From: Balanoglossus misakiensis
Lineage: Eukaryota; Animalia; Hemichordata
Length of the DNA stretch: 64,000 nucleotides
Reading direction: 5' to 3'
NCBI GenBank assembly: GCA_040954595.2
Contig: CM082594.2
Coordinates: forward strand, 10,606,276 to 10,670,275
Both the position numbers and the translations under genes were made by a program. The notes under the pieces are model-generated. The model saw nothing but the letters and a program-made list of their open reading frames with translations, made no database searches and had not been told where the DNA came from. This document shows, one piece after another, positions 12,080-24,700 of this stretch (position 1 is its first letter; every line of letters starts with the position of its first letter).

Positions 12080-15000
12080 TTCAAAAGTTTACTTACAGAA
12101 AGACAACAGATTCTACTTTTTACAACAACTAAAACCAGCCGTAGTTATATTAAAAGCACCAGAGTTGTTAAATAATTGAGATTCAAGTTCATATCAACTC
12201 GATACAGGATCCATCTCCAGTAAGAAACACTTCTAGCATGGTTACTCAATGAACAAATTGACAACTATCTGACTGTGGTATATTAAGTACATGTACATAA
12301 ATCATCAGAAGGGGGTAAGATGGATCACACAAGGGTGGAAGGTTGGTTGAGCACTTTCACAGTCATTTCTAAATGAAATGAAATGTAATAATTCTGGAAT
12401 CTAAAGAAGGTGATGGTCACTGACCAATGTGATCAGACAACTTAAGTCTCCCTTTTCCCTAAGAAATAATTCTTGCATGGTTAAAAAATCGGACAGAATT
12501 CTTCATTGTGTTATTATATAAGTTCTCTGTACATTCACTGATTTGTTGGCCCTGTTAAAGGGATACACTGAAATTACAGAAAATGTTCAAGGTTGTTTTT
12601 GACTTTGATAGTCTATGGCAGTTTCCAGTTATTTCATGAACTTTTACAATGCCATCTCTGCACAGACCTGTCATCTAAATTAATATTATCGATAGTATGA
12701 TTTGGGCAAAATTAAAACTATGATCCTGAAAATGAATGGCATATAACTAATGACAGCGGATGTTAAAATTTAGATTTGGCAAATACCAAGCATTAGCGAG
12801 AGTGAAAACAGAGATATATGTAAACCATTTGAAAGAATGTATATTGAAGAATTTTGAGACTCTAAGTCTTGTCAATGCTTTGTCCCTATTTCAAAAAAAT
12901 ATACATTTCAAAAAATATGTTTCAGTTAAATACAAACAGCACCAATTAATGATCAAAGGTCTTTAAAAAATGATTTTAAAATTCTCATCTTGTTAAAGTT
13001 TTTAAAATGCACAAAATTGTATCGTTGAATATAATATATGTGCCACAGATGTACAAAAGATAAAATAAAATCTGGAAAAGTTATGTAAATGAACAAAGAA
13101 GAAAATTACTTTTACATAATCACAAATAATAATTTCACTGCCAAGAATTAATATTGGTAGAACTAGCTGTCACCCCCAAATTTATGTACATTGGTCCAAT
13201 CTTGTTATTAAAAACAGTTCGGCTCAATCAACTTACAGGGGTGAATAGGTTATGTTTGATATGAAATCTTGGACTGTTAATGTCAACTCTGATGATTAAA
13301 GGTCCACTATCTGAAACTTGTGGCAAATTTTTCAGTATTTTTATTTTGTGTGTCAATTCAACCAGTCAACTTTGGACTTCATGCATTCTTCGATTGGAGA
13401 ATAACACCCACTGTTGAATGACAATCAATCACATGATTGTCTGCTGCCTGGTCTTCTGTAGTGCGCTAAATGTCAAAATATAGGTACCCAATTCAAAGGC
13501 CATGCTTCATTTCAGGTACCAGTGTATCTGTTGTATTTCTTCAATGGGAAAATCCTAGCAATACTATTCTGTGACAATTTCAGCTTTGCATAAACACATC
13601 TTGTACATGGACGTATTATTTGTCGCATTTGAAATTCTGAATTTAACATGAAAGAGGGGTAAAACAATCCAGTATTTGATTAGGTTGGTGAGAAATATCT
13701 TTTTCTTATAATGCCTTTGGACAGAAAAAATGTTTGTTGTGGGAAAAATAAAAATATTGACATGACAAAGACATTCAATAGCATAAACTTTAGACACACA
13801 CAAATTACACACACAATGATGTAAAAGCCTTTCAAAATTACTAAATCTACAGTACTCGTTTCTACTAGTGAAAATAAATCTTAGCAGTACATATTAAATA
13901 TAAGTACATGTGCATTTCCTTTTAAAACCTTAAGTTTACCCCATTTGCATGTCCAGTTTCACTACAACAATATCTCAGTTGTATCTTGTTCCTTGCTTTG
14001 ATTATCATATGTTTCATCAAAACAGGGACATAATATGCTTTGTGGCTTTGGTCCAAAATGAAATGGAAATGATATCAAATCAGTACTATGTTCATTGTCA
14101 TCCGGCAGAGAAACTCTGTGAGTGAAAAGTTCGGACATTGTTTTGCAAGAATATATAGGAGCAACTTCATGCCATATTTACAGCTGTGTTTCTGGCAAGG
14201 AAAATTGTGTGGAGAAAAAAGAGGTTTAGCATTGCAATATATTATAAAGCAGTGCATAGTCAGACCACTGGCAGCTACATCAAAAACACTAGAATCTACG
14301 TCATATAAAAACTTGTCAACTAACCCCACACCAAAGTCTCTGAAGTGTTTCTTTACACTTCAGAGCCCAAAAACTACACTAGTACGCTTTTTTTGTCAGA
14401 AATGCAGGAAGACAAGCAGCTTATTTTTTTGGCAAGTTTTGAGGTTGAGTGCACAGAAAGCTTGAAAGTGCAAACCAGAGATCAAAATCATTTTGTCGGG
14501 GGTGTAAGAATTGGCTGCAACTTTAAGGTAAAGATGGGGAGGGGGGTTATCGGGACTGGTCAGATTGTAACATTCACATACTTCAACTGTGTTCTCGTAT
14601 GAAGAAATATCAAAACATCAATATAATAATAATGAAATGTCAATTGAAGTTGTATTACAAATGCCTGTAAACATTAAAACTGCATTTTCCAACTTAGCTC
14701 AAGTGTGTGAATATTACAATCCAATCAACACTAGTGATCACTATGGTTGCAGCAAATTCTCAAACACAGCCCACAACTGATTTTGAATATTAAATATCAC
14801 CTCAAAGTTTGGGATTTTTGTTTGATGTTGCTGCGTGGTTCCCAGACTTCACAGACATCTTCTGTTGTGTTCGAACCATATTTCCTGACTTTTTTGTAAT
14901 TGACTATTGTATGCCATGAATTCCAGGAGTTCTCTGGAAGAACAATCGGCGAAATTTTCCCACATTAAACTACAAACTGAGCCCAGTCTACAATAATCCA

Positions 15001-15717
15001 AGAACATGAAAATAAAGTACTTACTTCTGTCTCTGGAGATAGTCTTTTGTACATGTACTTTGGTTGTACTTTGTGTAACTATTATAGTCAAAATAAGATC
15101 TTTTCAAAAAGAATAAACATCCATTGAGTTTGATCAGGTTAGTGCATGTATCACACTTTTGCACACTCTGCAAAATGACTTGCTTCAGATATGACAAGAT
15201 GGTCTCAAAATTGTATCACTATTTACAATCATGTATCATTTATATTATTAAAATGTCACAGTATGGACAGAAGTCTGGCAATTAAAACTGTGTGTCCTGT
15301 GAGGATTGATATGTCCGTCACATGCGACTATACACATATGGTAAAAAGTATGGACACTATCTGCAAATATGGAAATGCTTTCTTTGAATTTGGAAACTGC
15401 TTCAATTTTAAAATACGGAAACTCCTAGAGTTCCAGTTATGTATAGCTGCAGACAGAAACACTGTCATGATATACAGAAGCATAAAATACCATTGTGACA
15501 AACATATCATGACATTTGCACCAGAGAATAAGGCACTGTTTGTGGACAGTCTGTAGCTCAGGAAACACTAACAGAGTCCCACGGAGGCCAGCCTTGGGCA
15601 CGATCTCTGGAATAAAACTAAGAATGCCTGCTTTTTTTTTAGAAACTGTAGAAAAATAAAGTGGCATCTTTGGCAGTGATGGCGTGGAGTTCCTTGAAGG
15701 TTGTGACGAGTGTATAA

Positions 15718-18700
15718 TTACATGGTTGGAAACCATGCATCCTTTTTCTCTTTGGCCTGGTGGATTGTCAGATTTTGAAAATAGGAAGGGTGTGACAGGT
15801 AACTACTGCCATTGGTGCCATTACTGCTGGCCATGCTTGTGCGTAGTCCTTTATTTGCTATACCTTCTTTGAAGAACAGCTCCCTGTAGCCTTCATTGAC
15901 TGGGTCCGTGTCTCGGTCTCGCACCTCCACATTGTTGCTCTTTTTACGTTTCTTCTTGCAGCATATTCGCTGCACCAGAACAGCGATGACTACGCCCAAC
16001 AGAAACGATGCGATCGCGATCACGATGACGTAGGGATTGGCTAATTTACCTGGCCCGCCACACTGAGTAACCTTTTGGCATTTCACGGCTGTGGATTGAA
16101 ACAGAGAAAGGGTTGAAGTTGATTGATCTCTGCGTTTTGACTGAAGTTTCTACCTCAACTGACTTTTCAGCAGGTGTATGGTATGCCAGGAGAACCAGAG
16201 ACAAGAACCTGTTTGTGGAGATGAATTAGAAAGACCTACCTTCAGGAATAGCGTTATATTGACAGACTTTACTCTCGGTCTTCGAGCCATCGCATGAACC
16301 CATAGATGTAAACCACAATCCACATTTTCTGTATCTGTGTTGTCTGTTATCTGGACCACAAGGAGACCAATCACTCCATTCAAGCCAGCCATCAGGACCT
16401 GTCAAGATATATGCATATGGGTTCATTTTTTTTTACTTCTAGAACTTTCAAGACAGACATCAACATTCTAGTTGCACCCTGGCTGTGAAAGTCTGGTCTT
16501 TAATGCACAATAAGGCTTTATTGCATATTTAGGTATGAAAACCACACCTACTGTGTCTGTCCTATAATTACCTGGACATCCATAGGAATTGCATTTTCTT
16601 TCTTCCGTTGCATCTCCAGTGCAATTGATCCCATTGCCAACAGGTGCTGGATTGGTACAGCTACGAACACGGCCTTGAATTCCTTCACCACAGCTAGCTG
16701 TACATTCTGTCCAATCTGACCAACATGTCCATGAACCATTGACTGCAATAATGCATTAAATTTAGATTTATGACATACTCGGTATAAATCACGTCTTGCC
16801 ATGTCCTTTACTGTACTGGACAAGAAGTATATAATACATAAATAAGTTTGTTTCAAAATGTTTGTATTTCTTTTGCTGGCTTACCTTTTACAATTTGAAC
16901 AGGACACACAATACAGTATTTTCAACTTTCTTGAAGCAAATTTCAGCAATTATTGTTGATACATACCACTGCAAACTTCTCTGGAACACACTTTTTGTTC
17001 AGTCTCGTCTCCAATGCAGTCATTCGCTGGTGAACCATCCAAGGGATGTTGACAATGTCTCGCTCGAAACTGAGTGCCTAAGCCACAACTAACACTACAG
17101 GGTGACCACGCAGACCATTGCAACCACACACCGGATAATGATGAGATTCTTTTCTCTGAAACGCATACATATGTCAATTGTTAGTATCCAGTAACTGTTT
17201 ATTACACATCGATCAGCAACTGCTGTCAATGTTGGGTGGCATCCAAATAAAGTATAATAATAATCTGACAGCTTACCTGATTCAACACAGGGATTATTCA
17301 CGTTCGGACAGAACCTGAACTCTTCCTTCATGCCGGCATACCAGAAATCCTGCTCACTGGCCACTCTTGCTTTGAAGACGTGTTTGATCTTCTGCTCAAA
17401 GTAACCATTCTCTGTCTTGTTGTGCGCCACCCAAGGCCCCCACGGAGTCATCCTTCTCACTTCTGTGCAGACAAAAAAGAAAATGAATTATTTGTATTTA
17501 AATCTATGTGCTCAATTTTCTCCCCAGGAATAGCATAGCAGTTAATTTATTAAACAATAGAATTATTACGTAAATGAAGTTCTGGCGTTTCACTGAAATT
17601 AAAAGTATGGTCCTTTATACTTCAATTGCTCTGGGGAGAACACTGCACGTATTGCTTGTGCCTGACAACTGACCACAAGGTTCATATTACACATCGTCTT
17701 ACACGGTGGTCTGAGGCACTTGTTTGTCTAGAGAAGCAATGCTTCATGCTTGATGGATTTTCTTACCTGAACAAGGTTGTCGGTTACAGGGTTTGGATTC
17801 AGTGCTACATCCAGGACAATCGACTCCATCACAGAACCTGCTTCTTTGCTGTACGCCCCCATCACAGTGTTTGCTGCATTCGCCCCAGATAGACCACGAT
17901 GACCACTCACCTACACATTGAGGTTGTGAAAAAATTCAAGTACAGTCAAACCTGTGTTAGTGGCCACCTCTATACAGTGGAAACTTATCTATAAAGGCCA
18001 CTCCCTGTGTAATTTACATGTTCATTACTTGATAGATGACCAGCTTTGACAAAATCATGAAGGTATCATGCAATGGCACCATAACAAGTAGTTTTCAATA
18101 TACCTTTGCAAGTAGGATTGTTCATACAAGTTCCTTCCTGTTCAGCGATTCCAATGCAGTCATTTCCTCCATACTGAGGGGCTGGGTTGGTACATGATCT
18201 TTGACGTGTCTTCACAGCTGGTCCACATGGCCTATCACACTCAGACCAGGCAGACCATTCTGTCCACCCGCCATCAACTGTCAATGAAAAATATATATTT
18301 TATAATCGTCACAGTGTCATAATGACGCACAATATTAAGTGCCTTGTTATTTTTTTGAAATGTAACAGACTGCTGCAATAATTCAGCACTTGTATTATGA
18401 TAGTTCCACTATAATTATGAACGGTTCTTTAAGCTTAAAAGTGTTTATAGACCAACGTCATTGGGTTTGGATGTTGACAGCAGTTTTGGCCAATAGAGTA
18501 TGTAACTCATTATGGAACCTACCATACAAACAAGCAGCAGCCTTTTGAGATACGGAAAACTTTATTGCAAGCTCCCCTCTCCAATTTTTACTTTCTAAAG
18601 TTTTCTCCAATTCTGATATGCCAGAGGTGTACTGTGCAGATAGAGAACAGCTTGCTCCTTACCTGTGCAGTTGGTCACTTGTAGAGTTTCCCCAACACAC

Positions 18701-21700
18701 TCCTGTCCACCACACTGTGGTGCTGGGTTGTCACAACGTCGCTGCCTGCACAGACATGTACGGTCACTGCCTTGGTTGTCACATGGCTCCCACTCAGACC
18801 AGTTGCCAAATCCACCATCAAGGGTGTCTGGTTCTATCATTGGGCAGCCTGTCATGTCTTGATGCCAGTGTTCAGGATTGCCACTGCAAAGAGAGATGTT
18901 GATTCATTTGATCACGACTTAAAATCAAAACTATGTAATACAGTTAAACCTGTCTAAACTGAACCCTGATTTATCTCACTTGCACGCGAAATCCCACATC
19001 ACAGAAAACAGTTGATGTAAATCTCACCTGTCTTTGAATGTGATACACTTCTTCACTGCACCATCCCAACCGCAATATGGATCCATGGCTTTCAAACAGG
19101 CTCTGTAAAAATAAAACAATCATGAATAGTATCTAGAAACTTTGTAAAATAATCAATTTTCTAGTGATACATGTTTATATTTTGTATGAGTGAAACGACT
19201 TACCTCTTAGATTTGTAGTTGTGACATCTATGCACAGGAATCTTAACAATCTTTTTCTGAGATCCAACAAACAGTGACCCCTGAAATGGATAATCATTAA
19301 TACAGAACAGTGAACATCTCTTGTAAGAGTGGTTTGTGTTGCTGTGTATAGTCCTCATGTTTCAGAGTAAAACGTCCTGTATTATTTGTCAGTGATACTG
19401 GTGATATTGATAAGGAAAAAACGACTTACCTCACTACTTTGAAGCTTGATTATTTTTATTGGTTCTGAATCTTTCTCCTGTCAAAGATAAATCATTAAAA
19501 TTAATATGTGAAAAAGATATAATCTATGCTATCCAATGTTTCGTTTTAATATCTGCACTAAATCAATTTGTCCTTGGTACACCTTTTCATACTGTAGATT
19601 GTGCTCTGCAAGTTTAACAGAAAACTCTTTCAATGTTTGTTTGCATTTTTATGGATGAAAAGTTTTGATTTATGTCTGATTATCTGGATAATCACAAGGG
19701 CAAATCTCTTACTCTGAATGGATGGATTTCCTCCACCAGACAGGCTTCAGTCTGTCCAACTGGAGTTGTAACTTTCTTCAAAACACCAGACTCTGTGCAA
19801 GTGGATAGGAAAGAATAAATCTGTCAAAACCATGCATGATACAAGAATGTGATTATTTCTAGTCCTGTGGTTTAAGGAAAGAGACAAAGTCAACATAAAT
19901 GTTTCACTCACCTGTGCCAATAAACATAACATGGAAAGACTGTTCCTTGTTATGTACAACATCCACAACAATTTCAGTGAATCTAAAATCAAATCAAACA
20001 CCACATAATGTGATTAATGGACAGATTGATTGATTGAATGATTGAAATAAATTGCTCTAAACTACCAGGTAAATGCTTTTGTAATGATTTTCTCTTATAC
20101 ATGTACAGTGACATCTCAAATCAGCCATCCCAAATCATCTAAACTACTTTATAGAGTAAATATCCATAGAATTTTTCAACGTTTCATTCTTGATATTTTA
20201 GTGAAAATTGTGAAATGCCCCTACCTTTCATCATGCTTTTCCTCTATGTACAAAGGAGCATTCTGTATTGGCTGAACAGCTTCATCTATCAGTTGATGCC
20301 ACCTAGCCTCTTCTAGTTTCCTGACTGTCTGTTCAGGTCGTGTGTAATCAGTTCCCATGGTTCCACACTGATGGCAAAAATCAACACAGAAGTAGATAGT
20401 GAGTGTAACTGAAGACAATGTGGTAAAGGTCTAAGGTTAGATGCTCTCCTGTACATTGGCTATGTTGTGTGAAACTCTCACATTTCTTATACCCCAGTAA
20501 CAGAAGAGTCGTGTTCCTTGAGGTGACGAGTAAGAGACACACTTGGAAACCCACTATTAGAAGTATTATTATCCAGTACCTGAAAGTCAGGATTTGGGTT
20601 TGGTGTTCTGGTCCAAGCTGACTGAGCATTCTCCTGGTACTTAAATGATCCGGAAAATGTCTTATGGATAGCATTGGTGTCATAGGCACACACTGCAGAT
20701 CCATGAATACTATTCCTGGAAGAGAATAATGTACAAACAATTTTATAATCTTGACTTCATATTACCCATGGCAATTCAGAATTAGAATTAAAGAATTAGA
20801 ATCTTGTCAGTCACTTCAAAAGAAAAACATTTATTTCTTGACACAAGAGATGAGTACTTACTTTGGAGTGGTAAAAACTACATAAGTTATATTTTCTTTT
20901 TCAATATAATATGTACTCTCTGAAAAATAAAACAGGTTCCATATAAATATCAAAAAATTAAACTTAATACGATCTATTAATATTTAGGATTTACCAGTCG
21001 CCACAACTGTTACAAGCGCCCTCATGAGGTAGAAATTTGGTTGGGAGGGTATGCTCACCTATTTCATCGAAATAAAATGGAAATTCTCCGGGGAGAGAAC
21101 AATTAAGCCTTGCTTTCATAAACGTTGTCCAGTTGTCTTCTAGTAAGAAGTGTCCTCCTGCGTCATTCTGTCGGGAAGAAAAGATAACAAGAAACTTTAG
21201 TGTCAACTTCGACCAACTGTCGGGAGGGGGGCACACATGGATCTTTCGATAAAAGCAGCTGAGTGTAAAAATTCGAAGCTCTCAGTCTGAAATGACTTTG
21301 GAAATCTGTTTACATTTAATCATCATCTCTGCGATCCATTAAATTACGGGGCACAGGTGAACATTCTAAGGCTTTCAAGACTTGTAACTATTACTAGATG
21401 CATAATGCTCTAGGTATTTCAAAACAGTTGTTGAAAGACGACAATCAAATTCAAATCTAAACTGACAGACTGTGCTGTGCAGATTCACATCACTGTGGTT
21501 TCAATGACAGGATTATCTGAAAGCTGACAACAATTTAATAACTGACTTTACTACAGGGGAAAATTTTGCTCAGTGAAATATAAGTCCTCGTTCTGCATTT
21601 CACTGGGCAAGGTCAAGCTATCACTCAGACATCAAAACCGACCAGCCAACGGTCGGGTCATCAAAGAGAGCGCACTTGCGGTTTTCAATCACCTTGTCAT

Positions 21701-24700
21701 TTAGCACCCCTGGGAGATCCCTAATGATTTTGATGTTTCCCTGAGAACAGCAGTGATCTGTGTCACCCACTATGCTATATCAAGTCAGGGATAATACTTA
21801 TGCAAAATACAGCTGTGCGGACAAGTCCAGCTTCTTTTGAAGTAAAATCCCCAGGAAGCACACTGCTACTGGGCTTTCCTTCCCCTTACTTTTTGCTTAA
21901 CCACAAACATGGCGATCCAGCCATACATCCAGAATCCAGCCTGTTTCGTATTCAGACTCTAGCTGAGTCAACCGATTTAGATTGCTTGTGGGAGATGAAT
22001 TTCACTAGAGCAACTTAAATTTTGAATTGTCTGGGAACTTTTATACTATTGTGCCTTGATGTTGCTTTTCACGTGCAACCATCCGTGAGCTCATTTAAAT
22101 GGTTAGTTAAACCGTCTTGAAAAGATTTTAACTTGACACATTAAATGACTTGGAACTGAAATTCATATACATGGTAATCCAGGATCCCTCTTTTTATTAA
22201 TTTAAGGGTTTTACGAGCGCATAAATCATCAGAAAGGATTATCCAGTCACTCACTGGCCAGGGTCTTCTGGATGGAAGACATGGAGAAAATGACTGGATC
22301 ATTTTGTATGATTCAAATTACGACTACAATTGATGACTTACTTTGCAAACTCTAGCCACTCGGGAGTACACAGTCTGTTGAGAGAAAAAACAGAAGAACA
22401 AAAAAAAAATGTGAGTGACATACAGGTCTAAATAACATCGGCAATCCCTGCAAGGACTTTATAAACTGAACCAGGTCAGAAGGTTAACATCTCTACCAAT
22501 TATCGCCATCCCCAAGTATGTTCCGACTCAGGGGGTCTTTTAAACACATCGGAAATTCCACACCCTACATGGTTAATTACTTTAATTACTTAAAGCCTGC
22601 AACCCTCTGAAACGCTAATGAAACGCGTTCTGAAATGCAAACATATAGCACAGAATCTGGAATTGTTTATCTTCACGGCCAGGGTAGTGAAATAAATGAA
22701 GTGATGGAGAATGCTACCTAGTTGGTGTGACTTGCAAAGTATAAACAGAGCTGTGACCGCTCAGGGTTCATGAGGGAGATGTACTAGCACCTCTATTGGC
22801 ATTGCATGCTAAATACAGTACATCACACCTTGAGATCATTAGAGACCAGTGTTACCACTACACACAGTACTGAGCAGTAAAAAAGACATAAAACAGCCCC
22901 TACTGGAACCCATCAAAGGAAAAAGAAACAGGATGATGTACTCAGTTCTTTTGAACCAAGTCACTGAACCCAGACTTTCACAGTCTATCTTAGACAAAAC
23001 ATTTTTTTCTTTTTAAATAACGAAAGATAAAACATTTAAAAAATATTAATCTTATTTTGTTAAAGACTTAACTTCTGGCTGAGATTTATTTTAAATCTGC
23101 ACAGTTGATGTCAGTGTGACCAGTACCAGTAATTATCAAGTAAACCCACTGAAGAGAGTTAAAATGCAAAGTCATGTTCACACCAGAAGCAGTGCAGTCA
23201 CAGGTCGGTACTTGAATACACACTGGAACAAACAAGCCTTTAGTGTTTACTGAGACTTTTTCTCTTTTCATTAGATACTTAGTGTTAATAAACTTTCTTC
23301 TGTGTCCATCCGTGGCTGCATTAAATCCATTTGTCCACTGAACAATAAAGGATTCCACTAGACAAATCATGTTTTTAACTCTTGTACGTGAATTACAGTG
23401 ATTAATCTTGTTTGCCTCACTTCGTACGTCACAAGTCTTTTCGACGACAGATCCACCCGCATTTCCATCACAAACGTCTTCAAAACACACAAGGTGGAAT
23501 TAATCGCGGCTAACAACTGCCAGCTAGGAGACACAATGAAATACTTCTGCCTGCTGAATCTCACACCATGGTGTTTGAACAGATCAAGATTTTCCCAACG
23601 AAAAAAAGACTTATCCCTGCCCTACTTGTAGTTCCATGACATCACTGGGTTACCTAGCAACAGTCACTCCCCAGATCCTCTCACAAAGGGGTTGTTTTTA
23701 GAGGGGATGAATGGAGACATGTAGCAATCTTTTGATATTGTGCCCTATGGTATATAGACTTCATGCAAGAATTACTATGCTGTTCTGGTTACTGAATCAT
23801 ACTTGATTGTCAGTTGTGATGATAATACTTTCACCATGGCACAACATGACATGCATGTGGAGGACTCTGTAAACTTTTATGATCTTCATTTCGAAATGTC
23901 TGATTTGCATACTGTTGGGGTAGGTGAGCTACAAAGAAATGGAATCACAGCTCATGTGATTACTGGCAATAACAGAGAGAAAACAGACTCAATTGGGCAA
24001 TGTCATTTTGGCCATGGCTCTCTTTTTCGCAAGTAACCACGTTCGTGTATAAGATCAAGTGATATGTGATATACTGGGGTACGAAGTTGTTGACTGCAAA
24101 AAAGGACAGGCCCTGGAGTCCTACAACTGAGTGATGCCATGGGGGACGTCTTTTTAAAAGGCAATGCCGTGTGTTTAAATGGAACAGGGATGGAGACAGA
24201 ACCCCTCACAAAGGACCTCAACCTAGGGATCCATCAAAAGGCACATAGACAGTTCAGATACCCACAAAGACGTCTATTATCGCTGCTTTGAATGGAAAAC
24301 TCAGGGATGCCTTTCTTTCCAGGGGCGTACAATGAAGACACGGGACAATCAACAGATTCCCCTTTGACTCCGGCATTGAAGCAATTATACAATGTATGTT
24401 CCCACAGGAATGTGTTGTGACTGCACACCTTTGTAAAATCTTGTCTGCCGCTAAAGTGACTCCAGGTCAAGTTTCCGTTTGGGGAATGGGGGTCTTTCAG
24501 CGACTAAAATCACCTGGTTGGGATTTTAATAGCTTTAAAAGTACACATACAAAAGCAAAATGGAGGGCAATTTTGAAGCTGATGGACTGTTCGTCTCTGT
24601 TTTGTTTTGTCAGATACTTACTTACTTAGTATGACCCAATTTTGTCATTTGGTTAATAGGAGTCAAGCAACTGAAATCAGAATTGGTACACGATTTTTGG

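Noticed and set aside
22780-22856. bantam-like sequence TGAGATCATTAGAGACCAGTG
   Set aside because: Only the first ~10 nt match, the putative 5' arm pairs poorly, and it is antisense to the host gene.
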